A program made the translations under genes and the position numbers. This document shows positions 37,101 through 52,100 of a DNA stretch of 64,000 nucleotides, piece after piece. The DNA lies in assembly GCF_947568905.1 (NCBI RefSeq), contig NC_079164.1, positions 95,604,001-95,668,000 on the forward strand. The letters are read 5' to 3'. Numbering within the stretch: the first letter of the stretch is position 1; each line of letters starts with the position of its first letter. The notes beneath the pieces were generated by a model that had not been told where the DNA came from, made no database searches, and worked only from the letters and a program-made list of their open reading frames with translations. This DNA comes from Ostrea edulis (taxonomy: Eukaryota).

Positions 37101-40100
37101 AGGTCTTGTCACAGCCATCGTTCCAGGTCTGTCCCTGGGTGTAGAACACACCCTTATACACACAGTATCCCGGGGGTGGAGCTCTAGTGGGGTTGGGTAC
37201 TGGAGTGGGTACCGTGTTGGGAGCCACTGAGGGGTTGCCTGGCATTGGTGATGGCGTCATGATGGGCTGTGGGGTGGGAATACCATTGGGGAATGGAGTG
37301 GGGTTGACAAAGTCACAATATGGTTTCTGGCAGCATGGATTTTGTGTGTCCTGAATTAACACACAGTGACTATCCAGGTTAGGATACTTGGTGCATCTAA
37401 AAATAAGATTTGTCTACTGTATACACTGTATACACTTCCTTGTAAGTTGGCTTCTTGGTTTAAAATTTCATGTCTGATTTATTTGCACATACTACTGTAA
37501 AGGGAATTCTTAATGCATTTAAAAGTGTGTTCCAAATTGATAGGATCAAAATAAATGTTCTTAAACTGTATGGGAAGGAATTATAACTCTTATCAAGTAG
37601 AAGTAAAAACAATAAATTTTGAAAAGTCATATGGAGTGTATGTCTCAATATGAATAAAGAAAGACATAGATTAACATCATTAGATAATAATATAAATATA
37701 TAGGTAAAGTGTGATAGAATATTGATGTAAAATGGACAGTCATTTCCAATGAATCTTAATCTAACATGTACATGTATGTGGGTAAAAATATTAAATTCCT
37801 TCAAGATACCCTAAAAAAATAATTGAACTGTATTGTGGGCGAGTATGTACGGTAATCATTAAATATATAAAAAAATAATACCTAAAGCATTTAAGATGAA
37901 AATGTAGAGTATCATATTTACCATTTCACTTAATCTGTCTCAAAAGTGAACAGCTTTAGAATTGAAAGTTTCACTACATATGTCTCAAAAGTGAACAGCT
38001 TTAGAATTGAAATGAAATCTTACTTTTCAGTGCACTTGTACTGGCCTGTCATATCATCCAGACAAACACAGTCATATTGACAGCCATCAGACCAGGTCTG
38101 TCCCTTCTGATAGGGCACACCCTTGTAGTAACATCCTAAAACATCACATAAATATCAAAACAAATTACTACTACACAAAAGTAGTCAAACTACACTCAGT
38201 CTGACTAAAGTACAGACCTGTATTATATATATATAATAATATAGGTCTGTATTTTAGTCAGATTGAACTACGATCAAATTGGGATCTTATCGGTGTCCGA
38301 ATCTCTGACTCTAATTCTCATGTATTAAAATTTTACCTGAAAATTAATTATCATTTTACAGATTTAAGCTCTAGATGTTCATCATGAAAAGTCTGTATTT
38401 CACCAAAATGCCACACTTTTGACAAAATCAGATAAAACAGCAGCCAGACTAATCTCTGGTGGCACTACATGATATTAAATAGAAAAGGTTGGGACCGTGC
38501 ATTAGAAACGTCGGAGCATCATGACTTATGGGATATAAAAGACTCATCAGTGATTTTCTGGTACTCAACAAGTTAGATGTCACAAAAGGTTATTATACTG
38601 ATGGTACCTAGATATAGAAATGGGGAGTGAATCGGACAATGAACAAACTGAGGACAAATATGACATCCAATTCAAATATTGTTTTAGAAATTAGAAAACA
38701 GAAAAACTTGCATGACATATAAAAGATTGAACAATATTTAAGCTCTTTTTAATACTGATATTTAAACACCTTTCAATCAACTGTTTAACATCCACGAAAT
38801 ATATAATGATAAATTTGTTATTTGTACAATAAATTTGTTATTTGTACGATAAATTTGTTATTTGTAAAATAAATTTGTTAATTGTACATTAAATTTGTTA
38901 TTTGTACATGTATGATAAATTATTCTGTTATTTGTACGATAAATTTGTTATTTGTACAATGAATTTGTTATTTGTATGGTAAATTTGATATTTGTACGAT
39001 GAAATAAGTTTTTTTGTCCTTTTGACCCGTTTTGAGAACCCTGCCTTCCCTTACACTTTCCAACCTAATATGGGCTTTAGAAATTCTTCCATATGCACAA
39101 CATCTGAAGTAAACTTACCTGATTTAGGAAGTGGTGGGGCAAGAGTTGGTCCTGGTGTACCTCCAGGCTGTGGGCTAGGTGTGGGCTGATTTGTTGGCAC
39201 TGGGGCAAGACCAGTCAGTTCTCCAGGCTTAGCGGTGACAGGGGTGGGAACAAAGCCGGGTGTGGGCACTGGGCCTGCTGTGGGCTTGACTGGGCATTTA
39301 GGCACTTGACAGCAGGATGGGTCCTTGGGGTCAGGAACCAGAGTACACTCAGCTGGTACGCTGGTATATCTTGCACATCTGAAACATCAAATTTACTTGT
39401 CCCTTATTATCAATAAAACTAAGTTCTTTGGGAAATTTGTTCCACAAAAAAAGAGGAAAAAGGTAACCATGCATTCATGGCATGTCTCGAAAGTGACTGC
39501 TCTCTAGAAGCAGCCAAAAACGAGAACTAAACATAGATTTGTAAGATCTAGCCGACCTCTCCTGGCATCTGTAGTAGCCGGTGGCAGCGTTTTCACATCT
39601 ACATACAGCATTACACCCATCATACCACTGCTGGTCCTGTCTGTAGTACTGGCTGTTCTTATACACACACACATCTAAAACACACAGCAGAATCTTACAC
39701 ACAATTCAACTTCCTGATAACTGCGATGTCGTATTTTACAGAACTCGTTTCACCGACAGCTTTCTAGATTATTGTACACCATTTAAACACTTTTTGCCAC
39801 TGGCGAATATTTTGGAATAAATTTTATCCTAGTACACGTATGTTATGCAAAATTTTCTGCAAAAATGCAATAGAACCTCTAGGTTTAGGAGCAGGTGTGT
39901 TCACGTTGGGTCCTGGGTTTGGTGCCTACGAAAAAAAACAACTTAAAATACATTTGCAAAACAAAAAGATAGACATAATCAAATTACGAAGCATGTACAA
40001 TCTATATAGGCTTCACTTTTTTTTTGTCTTGGTCTGTTATCAATTGAACTTTGTAAATAATTCAAACAAATCACAGAATTTCACCTACTGTAGGAAATCA

Positions 40101-43100
40101 TGTAACTTGATGCATTTACTTTGTTTTTAAATTTAGAGATTTGTGGTCCTTACCAGTGTGGGAGAGCCATTTGGTGAGGGAGTGGGGTTGGGTGTTGGAT
40201 TAGGATTCTGACAGTAAGGCATCTGGCAGCATTGGTCATTTGGATCGTTCACCATTGTGCAGTATGGAGGCAACTGTGGCACCCTGTTGCATCTGTTGAA
40301 GAATGAGCACTATTTACTCTAATGTTGTTTTAAATCTACTTCACACTGAAACCCAACTGATGATTTGTGAATTTTAAAAGGTTTCTCTGTATAAAATTAA
40401 CATTTCCACATAACTTCTTTGGATGTACCAGAGTTTCTTGTTTCCTTTTCTAACAGTTGATTTCACACCATTTGACTTACTTTTCTGTACATTGGTAGTG
40501 GCCCGTGCTAGCATCCAGACACACACAATGGTAGGTACATCCATCATCCCATTGCTGACCCTGGCTGTAGATCTTTCCATTGTACACACACACATCTACA
40601 AGTTATCAAATAACATTCCTCCAGTTTCAAACAAGGAAAAATGAAATAATGTATATTCTGTACTAAATGACTCGAGCAAATTACACTTTGTTTGGATGGT
40701 CTTTGGTATTAGATAAAAAAAAATTCAGAAAACCCAATTAAATTACTTAATCAAACAATATTGTATACAACTTTATTTTTTCTCTTTCAGTATAATAGTT
40801 TTAAAAATTTTGCAGATAGAATATTTTCTATAAGGACTTCTTACTTCTGTTACCACCAGATGGCGATCCAGGAGAGGGAGGGACATTCTGTCCATTGATG
40901 GTACCCCCTGGACTGAAAGGGACAAGGGTGGTGGAGTTCACACAGGTGGGTGTCTGGCAGCATTTGTCATTGGGGTCTGTTACCATTCGACAACCACTCT
41001 TCAGAGGAGGGAAAGTTGGGCATCTAAACAAAGAATGGGGCTGCATTTATTTGTCACGTTCCATTTGATACCAACAAACAAAGTATGAGGCTGCATTTAT
41101 TTGTCATGTTCCATTCCGAAGCCAATAAAATCAATTATCCATAACAACACCAAATATCAGAAAAGCATAGCTTTCAAATTTTCAATGCATGCAATATTAT
41201 GCAGAGGAAATAATCCTGTGAATTGTGTGTTATTTTGTGTGAATGACATCATGTTTATCACATCAGTGCTTTTCATACAAAAGAATTACTACCTTATTCA
41301 GGCAGTTTCCCTCACAGAAATTGTCAAACATCTTCATAAGGAAAAGACTGATCAGTAACAGGATGTTTTTGTCATTTAATCAAGCAGTTTCAGAACTTTG
41401 TATGATGTCAACTTTATGATGTGCATGCAGTGTTACACAATAAATTCGAAGCATTATGTGAAAAGGTTGAAAAACAAAGCTATAATAGTTACAAAAATCA
41501 ATAGTTACATATATGTATGTAATTTTTCAAGCATGGAAGAATTCAACGTTGAAAAATTTCCAATATACAAGAATACAGCTTTTAAAACTGGTGTGAAAAA
41601 TGCTGATATGGCATTGGTATTTAACTATGTTACCCGATTCGATTTTAATAAGACAGAGAATTTACTGAGTTTGATGAAAGGAGAAGACAACAAACAGTGA
41701 TCAATCTCACAACTCCTACAAGCAACACAAAATAGAGAGTTGGGCAAACACGGACCCCCGGATACACCCGAGGCGGGTTCAGGTGCCCAGAAGGAGGAAT
41801 TTTAGGATACAATTTGAATAAGATGGAGAATTTTCTCCGAGTGGAGAAGAGGAGACCCACCTGTCTTTACATGTAACTTGTCCAGACATGCCGCTCTCAC
41901 AGGTACAGATCTTGTCACAGCCATCTTCGAATGTCTTGCCTGCCTGGTAGGGGATTCCGTTGTACACACAGAAGGCTAAAACAAAATTCAAATCTAATAA
42001 GATCTACCTTTTTAATCTCAATCTCATCAGCATTACAAACCACCGAATGTCTTAACACAGATACTGAATCTGCAGCATTATAAACCACCGAATGTCTTAA
42101 CACAAATACTGAATCTGCTGCAGCATTATAAACCATTGAATGTCTTAACACAGATACTGAATCTGCAGCATTATAAACCATTGAATGTCTTAACACAAAT
42201 ACTGAATCTGCTGCAGCATTATAAACCATTGAATGTCTTAACACAAATACTGAATCTGCTGCAGCATTATAAACCATTGAATGTCTTAACACAGATACTG
42301 AATCTGCAGCATTATAAACCACCGAATGTCTTAACACAGATACTAAATCTGCAGCATTATAAACCACCGAATGTTTTAACACAAATACTGAATCTGCTGC
42401 AGCATTATAAACCACCGAATGTCTTAACACAAATACTGAATCTGCTGCAGCATTATAAACCACCGAATGTCTTAACACAAATACTGAATCTGCTGCAGCA
42501 TTATAAACCACCGAATGTCTTAACACAGATACTAAATCTGCAGCATTATAAACCATTGAATGTCTTAACACATACTGAATCTGCAGCATTATAAACCACC
42601 GAATGTTTTAACACAGATACTGAATCCTTACACATTTCCATGTGCTGAAGGCAACATGGGCATCAAGTTAATCCATTAATCAATCTTTTTGATGATAACT
42701 AAGTGAGGTCACATACTAGGAGTGGGCGTGTTCACAGGGCCTGGTGTGGGGTTGACTCCTGGGCGGGGGCTTGGTGTCAGTGCTGGTACTGGAGTCGGAT
42801 TAGTGCAGTCTGGCTTCTTACAGCAGGGGTTGGCTGGGTCATTCAACATTACACAGCCCACTGGCAAGTTGGGGTACCTTGGACAGCTGATAGAATAACC
42901 CAAATTTTAACAGTCTTTTTTCTAAGAACCACAAAATGAAAATGATATTTTGTGTTAAAAAGGATTAACAGTGTCATCACTGTAAGAAAGGGAACATTCA
43001 ATAAACCCAGCTTTAACTCTGGATTCTGCTATCAGATAAAAAAAACTGAATTTTCATGTAAGTAGCTTTTAATCATTTTTCTTATGCCATAGTGCTGCAC

Positions 43101-46100
43101 GTAATTGCTTTAATACAGTACAACACAGTTACAGCAAACACGCTTATAATGAATTCATGTTTACAGTGAAGCGATTTTCATTCACTGTAGTTATAAAACA
43201 TAGGAACTTATATAACTAATTATGTTCGTTTACTATAAAGCGTGTCCTACAGTACATGAGAATAATTTTCTGTAGCCGACTGTGATTCTATGAGAATAAT
43301 TTTCTGTAGCCGACTGTGATTCTATGAGAATAATTTTCTGTAGCCGACTGTGATTCTATGAGAATAATTTTCTGTAGCCGACTGTGATACTTTGAGAATA
43401 ATTTTCTGTTGCTGACTGCAATACTTTGAGAATAATTTCTGTAGCCGACTGCGATACTTTGAGAATAATTTCTTTAGCCGATTGCGATACTTTAAGAATA
43501 ATTTTCTGTAGCTGACTGCGATACTTTGAGAATAATTTCTGTTGCTGACTGCAAAACTTTGAGAATAATTTTCTGTAGCCGACTGCAATACTTTGAGAAT
43601 AATTTTCTGTAGCCGACTGCGATACTTTGAGAATAATTTTCTGTAGCTGACTGCGATACTTTGAGAATAATTTTCTGTAGCTGACTGCGATACTTTGAGA
43701 ATAATTTTCTGTAGCCAACTGTGATACTTCTTTAACTTACATTTCTGTACACACGTATCGGCCTGTCATTCCATCCTGGCACTCACAATTGTAGTCACAT
43801 CCATCTCTCCATTTCTGTCCCTGGGTGTAGGTTTTACCTTTGTATACACACACCTCTAGCAAACAGAATATAAAAATCTAGTCTTAAACTGATTTCATTG
43901 GGAGTGTGACTGATGGGAGGAAAGTCGATTTAAAGAAGGAAAAAATCTCATTTCATTTCACACATAGATCATGTACATTTATTATCTAGACTAAGTATAT
44001 ATAGTTCTTTGTAGTACAACTGTACAGGACACTAAATGACCCATTTTGTCCCTTTCATACAAAAGCATTAGCTAGAATGATATACAATCTATTTATTCTA
44101 TAGTGTTATAAAACTTTTCTCTTAATTTGCAAAATATGGAATTTACCATTCTTTCTGAATCCATCCTAGTTAAGATAATTCTGTTCAATTACTTGTTATG
44201 CCAACAAGTTTCATATTATCAATTACTGGCAACAAGTTAAAACTGCATTAATTTTAAGAAATTGTATCAGCTAAGTTACACACACAAGTGTAGGTTTAAA
44301 CATACACAAATTGGATACTATGTCCACATAAGTCAAACAGGATGAATCTGATTATATATATATTTGATTCTTTTTTCTCAGATATGAGAGGATGACAACA
44401 CAGTTGATTTTGATTCCGATTACTTACTAGGCTGAGGAGTGGGTTGGGTGGCCGGTGGCTGTGTGGTCAACAGTCCTGGGACAGGTGTAACATTGGGATT
44501 AGGTGAAGGAATCATGAATGGAGGATAGGTGCCTCCTGGATAAGGTGTTGGGTAGGGGTATGGTTGTGGTGTGGGACTGGAGTTGGGATTAGGATTAGGA
44601 TTAGGATTGGGATTAGGGTTTGGAGTAACATATGGTGTGGGGTTTGGTGTGGGGTTGGTGCCGGTGATACTGCCAGTTACTCCGGACGGCTGGTTAGGAT
44701 TGGTCTGATCACATTGTGGGATCTGGCAACATTTGGGATCATTGGGATCAGGGACCATGATACAAGTTGGTGCAATGTTAGGATACTGAGCACATCTAAA
44801 ACAACATAGAAAATATTTTTTGAATTCAAAAACTGAGATTATTGATAGAAAAATAGAATAATCCCTTAATAGTCAAATTCATAAGTTGTAGAATCACCTT
44901 GATCTACAGGTGTAGTGTCTAAGTTGTAGAATTACCTTGATCTACAGGTGTAGTGAATTACCTTGATCTACAGGTGTAGTGTCCTGTTGTTCCATCATCA
45001 CAGACACATATCTGTTTACATCCATCATCCCACTGTTGTCCTTGTGTGTAGGATTTCCCATTCATGATGCAGGCATCTGTGTAACATTTAAAAAGGAAAA
45101 CAGTAGGTTTTCATACTCAAGCAGATAATATTCATACACAACTAAACTGTTAAATGTATACATCTGGACCCCACAGTTGTGTTGCACAAAAGTTAGTTAA
45201 CTTTAACTGACAGTAAACCTCTAGTTATCACTATATAAGTAACCATTGTGCACTAGTTATCACTATATAACTAACCTTTGTGCACTAGTTATCACTATAT
45301 AACTAACCTTTGTGCACTAGTTATCACTATATAACTAACCTTTGTGCACTAGTTATCACTATATAACTAACCTTTGTGCACTAGTTATCACTGTATAACT
45401 AACCTTTGTGCAACTGGGTCCTGTTCTTCAAACAAAAAGCATTACATAAAGAGCAAAAACCATCCCACATAAAAAGTGTTCAGATTTATAAATAGTAAAT
45501 AAAAACTTCTCTTTTAAATTAAATGATAAAAAAATGTTCTCTTGCAATCAAAACTCACTCTTGGGCTGTGGTTGTGGTGTGGGTATGGGTCCTGGAGTGA
45601 CAGGGGGGCTCAGAGTTGGTGGGAAGGTGGAGCCTGGGAGTGGTGTCCTGCTTGGACCCGGGGTAGGGGTTCCAATAGGTCTTGGTGTGGGAGCAACAAC
45701 ATTACAGTTAGGGACCTTGCAGCAAGGATCCTTTGGATCTTGTACCAGATAGCAGTAACTTGGGATCTGCGCATACCTTGGACACCTTTATAGAAAATAA
45801 ATATAAAATATATTAAGGTGGCTCACTACACTCAGAAATAGATTCTCAAATCAGTACAAATTGATTTAATTATAAAAGATATGATGACATACTATAAGTA
45901 TGTACGCCAAAAAGGCAAAAACTATACAAATTTGGATAAAAACATGATTTTCAAAAAAAATTATTTCAACACATATGAATAAAAGACTCTAGGGGATTTG
46001 AACTCGAGATCTGCAGTTCACCACCCCAATGCTTTAACCACTGAGCTACAATTTCACAAAACATTTAAATCGCCATCTTGTGACGTGGTGTCACACAGAG

Positions 46101-49100
46101 TATAAGCTTTAGTGTAGTGAGCTACCTTAATCAAGAATTGGAAAAATCTCTACAGAAATTGTAGAACCATTTCTTATGGAGTTGTTGTACAGTTATCAAG
46201 GTGTAATTACATCTAAACAAAAGGCTGTATCTCTTGTGTGAAAAGACCTACATCTTACTCCATCCTAGAGATTTCAACATACAAGAATTTACACCGCTTA
46301 GGAATGCTTGAGAGTTATCCCCCTTGCTGTGTTTGAGAAAGACTTTTAAAGGTATATCAACTATTTATACATACTTTTCGGTACATCGATACTGTCCAGT
46401 GGTGCCATCAATGCACTCACAATTGTACTGACAACCATCTTGCCATTTTTGTCCTGTGGCATACTTCATTCCCTTGTAGTCACAGAGTGCTGTTGAAATA
46501 CATTTTTATTACCCATTGAATATGTTCATATCTCAAAGTCCATGCAACAGATTGATTTAAAAAAAAGATATGTATTATGCCCAACTTCTATGATCATTTT
46601 AAGTTGTTCATTGTTCATAGTAAAATGCAAACTTGAAAATTAGCAGACTCAGTTTATTTATCCATATACATGTATTTGTCAGTATCTAAGTGACCTACAA
46701 TGTATGCTCTTTCTTTATCTTAGCAATACAGCAAGCAAGATTTAGAAAACCATTCTGTACTAACCTCTGAGTGGGGGAGTCTGAGGTTTGCCCACAATGG
46801 TACCCACTTGTCCAGTGGGGATGGGTGATGGGTAAGCTGATGGAACGGGGGTGGCGACAGTTCCTGGAGCAACAGTGTTCACTCCTGGCATGGGGGAAGG
46901 TGTATTGACTGGCATTGGTGTGGGTATCACCGTGCAGGAAGGTACCTGACAGCAGGGGTCATTGGGATCTGTGGTCATTACACATCCTGGGTTCAACTTG
47001 TAAGATGGACATCTAGAAGGAAAAATCAGATCAAATGTTACCCAAACAAAATCTTTTACACACTGTAAACAAATTTTATGAACTTGCTCTGCAACAAAAG
47101 TATAGATAAGAGTTTAAAGATTTTATAGTGCAATATTTTTGGCATGGTAAAACAGATAACAATGATTATCATACTTCTGTTAAAATGTTTCCTAGGTTAA
47201 CCTATACCCCTGGGTATAAAATGTGCTATCTACCCCTCAAAAATTGCTTGTATAATTTTGATGACAATTTTGATTTCCTGTAATTTGATTGGTTGGTGAT
47301 TCCTCCAACAGAAAAGAGTTCCACAACAATGTCATCTGTCAATAGCAGGTATTATCATTTATGATTTTAATGACATATCTAAATATTCAATGAATAGTTG
47401 GTTTTTGTTCATTAATTACATGTTTCTTAATATTGAAATTTGGTTCTTTCTTTTTCCTCAAATCAGTATACAGCAAAAGCAGTTTCTGTCAGATTTGATA
47501 AAAGAGCTATTTCATTAAGAGTTATTTCATTAATAGCTATCTCATTAAGAGTTATCTCATTGACATCTATCTTATTAAGAGTTATTTCATTAACAGCTAT
47601 CTCATTAAGAGTTATTTCATTAATAGCTATCTCATTAAGAGTTATCTCATTGACATCTACCTTATTAAGAGTTATTTCATTAACAGCTATCTCATTAAGA
47701 GTTATCTCATTAACAGCCATCTCATTAAGAGTTATCTCATTAACATCTATCTCATTAAGAGTTATCTCATTGACATCTATCTCATTAAGAGTTATCTCAT
47801 TAACAGCTATCTCATTAAGAGTTATCTCATTAACAGCCATCTCATTAACAGTCAATGGATAAGCGTATACAACTCAGACAGAGCAAGGACTAACAGCAGT
47901 CTAACAATGGATCAAAAAATAAATTCAAAGTTTACCTGTCAAAGCAAGTGTAGATATTCTTACTGGCATCGTCACAGCGACATCTCTGCACACACCCCTC
48001 ATTCCAAGTGTCTCCCTGTTTGTAGGACACACCCTTGTACAGACAGACAGCTGAAGAGACATTGGCATACATGTATATTCCTGAACTTGGATACAGATTC
48101 AAAGTCTTTGGGGCTAACAAACCATTTTAAGATGCCAATGCTTTAACATGGTAATGAGTACATGGTGTATCAAAACTACATTCATCACAGATAATGGATA
48201 ATTTGTGAATTTGATACAGCTTTTTAAAAACACTGGTATTAAATTCTAATAAGTTTTGATGAGGTCATTTGTACATTAGGCATTTGAACTGCAGTATCTG
48301 CATGTACATATATTATACATAGATTTTTATATTCTGTATAACATGTATTATACATATACATGCAGATACTGCAGTTAATGCTCAATGTACAAATGACCTC
48401 ATCAAAACTTATAAAAAATGAGCTACAAATAACATTGCAATAAGATTTTTCAAAAAAGACATTTTTCAAAGAAAAATGGTGAAAAATGAAATAACTCACT
48501 CATGGCAAGGTAGTGTACACTGTATTGACAACACCAAATAATGAACAGGCTTAAATTTCTTTTTAAAAATCTCTAGCTTAAGTTTGAGGGTTTTTTTTTA
48601 ATGAGCATTCAAAATTTGAGTAAAAACTTAAGACTGAAGTCCAAGTTTAAACTTAAGTTTATTTCGATAAATCCAGGCCAGAACCGTACCATATTAATAC
48701 TATTTCAACACTCATAGCCAGTTATTGTAAACTGTATAAAACCAAAACAATGAACAGAACCGTACCATATTAATACTATTTCAACACTCATAGCCAGTTA
48801 TTGTAGACTGTATAAAACCAAAACAATGAACAGAACCGTACCGTATTAATACTATTTCACACTCATAGCCAGTTATTGTAGACTGTATAAAACCAAAACA
48901 ATGAACAGAACCGTACCGTATTAATACTATTTCAACACTCATAGCCAGTTATTGTAGACTGTATAAAACCAAAACAAGGAACAGAACCATACCATATTAA
49001 TACTATTTCAACACTCATAGCCAGTTATTGTAGACTGTATAAAACCAAAACAATGAACAGAACCGTACCGTATTAATACTATTTCAACACTCATAGCCAG

Positions 49101-52100
49101 TTATTGTAGACTGTATAAAACCAAAACAATGAACAGAACCATACCATATTAATACTATTTCAACACTCATAGCCAGTTATTGTAGACTGTATAAAACCAA
49201 AACAATGAACAGAACCGTACCGTATTAATACTATTTCAACACTCATAGCCAGTTATTGTAGACTGTATAAAACCAAAACAATGAACAGAACCATACCATA
49301 TTAATACTATTTCAACACTCATAGCCAGTTATTGTAGACTGTATAAAACCAAAACAATGAACAGAACCGTACCGTATTGATACTATCTTAACATCCAGAT
49401 CATGTCCACTCACTAATACTGTTTCACCATCTCGATCATGTCCACTTACCTAGTGGGTTGGGTGCGGGAGTGGAGTTCGGATTTGGAGCGACTGTGGGGT
49501 GCCCTGGGGCAGGACTGGGAGTCTGTGGTGGAGGAATAGAGGGAGCTTGGGTCTGGTAGTTACAGAGGGGCTGTTGACAGCAATAGTCGTTTGGATCCTG
49601 AACAAGGCTGCAGTAAGGCGGCAGTGCTGGGTATGCTGCACATCTGTTAGCCAGTACAAAATAAAGTTTGTATTTAAATGCAGCCAGACAATATCTAAAC
49701 TACCAAATATCTATCATTTCTTCACTGTGCATTTGCAAAAACATTCTGTAAACTCCAATTGCAACAACATTCAAGAACAAGCCTATATACACATATAGGT
49801 AAACCTCAAACATGAACCCCAATCACTTTCTTATAGAAAAAAAGGACCTTGCCAGATGCTTTCTACTCCTGTGGACATTTCCAGTGCATAGCTAAAAGTG
49901 GGTTTCAGTTCACTATAAAAAACACTTCAAATTCCATCATGCAGCACTGTAACATGGACCACTTCTATCATTTATATCTATGCTCTCTTGCTCTCTCAGA
50001 TCCAGCAAAAATGAAATTTGAATATTTTGTTTGTTCGCCACGGTGTTTAGATAAGTTATTCACTAAAATCATTTTCATGTCAAAGCAACTTGATGAAAAT
50101 ATGGGTAGGGTTCGTGTAAATAAAATTTTCTTTTCAGTATGTCACATATTATTTTTCAGAACAGCATGAGTAATTGATGATATAATTAGTTCTCTTTTCT
50201 TTGATGCAGTCTCTCAGTGAAACAAAACAATGAACAGTAGTACTTACCTGTCAGTACATTTGTATTTGCCAGTCACTCCATTCTCACAGATACAGTTATA
50301 AGTACATCCATCTTGCCATCTCTGTCCTTGGACATATTGAACTCCCTTGTACACACAGACCTCTGAAAGAAATGTAAAAAACAAAATCCCCCTTATTTAC
50401 CTGTTTGCATTTCAGACCTCTAAACTGTCACTGATCACTGACCATTTTGGCCCCACACTGGTACCAAAATCTCTACCCTTGGGATCATGAAATCAACAAT
50501 ATTGGTAAAGGACTACCTGCTCTTTCTAAACGTCCATTTAGTTTCAATTTAGTATCAACAGCACTAAAGAAGATGTTATTTAAGTGTTTTACACTACATG
50601 TATATGCAAAGTTTGGCCCCACCTAGGAGTCAGAACCTCTACCCTGGGGATCAAGAAATTTACAATTTTGGTAGGTCTTCCTGCTCTACATCACTATGCA
50701 TTTTAGTTTTTCTTGCAGATGAGCAGTTGTAAAGAAGATTTTTGAAAATTGGTCCAGTGGACTTTTGAGTTTTTATGACTCAACTGTATTTCAGTTAATT
50801 TTGACATTAGTCCAAGCCAAACTTTACCTTTGGGTGCGGGTGTTGGCAAGGGCTTGGCAGTTGTTCCACCCACTGGCACTGGAGCAGGAGTGGCTGTAGG
50901 CGTTGGTCGGGCATATCCGGTGACAACACCCACTGGGACATTGGTGATGAGTTGAGGAGCTACGGTGGATCCATCGGGTCCTGGTGAGGGGGTGGGGAAC
51001 CCGTTGGGTCCTGGGATACAGGAAGGAACTTTACAACACTGAGGATCTTTGGGATCTGCCACAAGGATGCAGTTTTGAGGAACAGAATCATATTTGCGGC
51101 ATCTGAAAGTTATACAAGCAAGTGTACAATTATAACAATGAGATTCAATGGTAAAATTTGCACCACTAAAACACATTAGAATATTTTTTTGATAACACTG
51201 GAATGATTTGTACAGAGTGACAACATCTCATTTACTTTAACTATTTTTCAGTCTAAATCACATTTCCCATTAAAAAGGTTCAATTTTAAGTCTTGTCTAC
51301 AAACTGAAATCTATGCAAGAATTTTGAAGCATAAATTGCATAAGAAGAAAATGAATGTGACCATAATATTCAGTGAAGATAAAGGAATTTACAGACCTGT
51401 CTTGACATCTGTAGAATCCAGTGCTTCCATCCTCACATCTACAGATTCGGTCACAGCCATCATACCACTGCTGTCCCTGGGTGTATGATCGGCCATTCAT
51501 CACACAGATGTCTGCAATCACATGGAAAAAATAATACAATATTTCTTCTCATAATAGGCAAATATACATGTACCATCAAATTCAGAGCATACTATTTGAC
51601 AGCCACTGTGATGTTTCACCTCAATCCATTATACAGTCAGATTATACAATGTATATTGTTATACAGGTTTACTCAAACTATACAGTGCCACATTATATAA
51701 TACTGGGTCTATATGTGTAGTCATGGTAACATAAATACACTATTATAAATCCATCTCTAGCAATAAGAAACATACCATTTACATTCAGAATTTTGTTGTC
51801 TATCAATATGTAGTAAAAAATCAAAATTAGGTACCACTACTTCTATCTCACTTACTCTTTGGCTTAGGTGCTGGCGTTGGTCCAGTGGGGTTCGGGTTCG
51901 GGTTTGGGTTCGGATTTGGGTTTGGATTGGGGTTCAGTGTGGGATTTATTCCTGGTGCTAAGGTTGTCCCCGGCTGTGGATTTGGGTTCGGGGTGTTTAA
52001 TGGGTTTGGTGCAGGGGTCGACACTGGAGTGGGCTGGCAAAAGGGAACTCGACAGCATTGGTCCTTTGGATCGTTGACCAGGGAGCAGGTAGAGGGTAAA

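Noticed and set aside
44560-44625. (NP)n linker tracts (also ~51880-51930) reminiscent of parasite surface repeats or horizontal transfer
   Set aside because: Short low-complexity expansions inside ordinary spliced exons; no evidence of foreign origin.
48680-49390. Regularly spaced 30-76-bp repeats that superficially resemble CRISPR arrays
   Set aside because: Units are head-to-tail with no unique spacers, there are no cas genes, and the context is eukaryotic.
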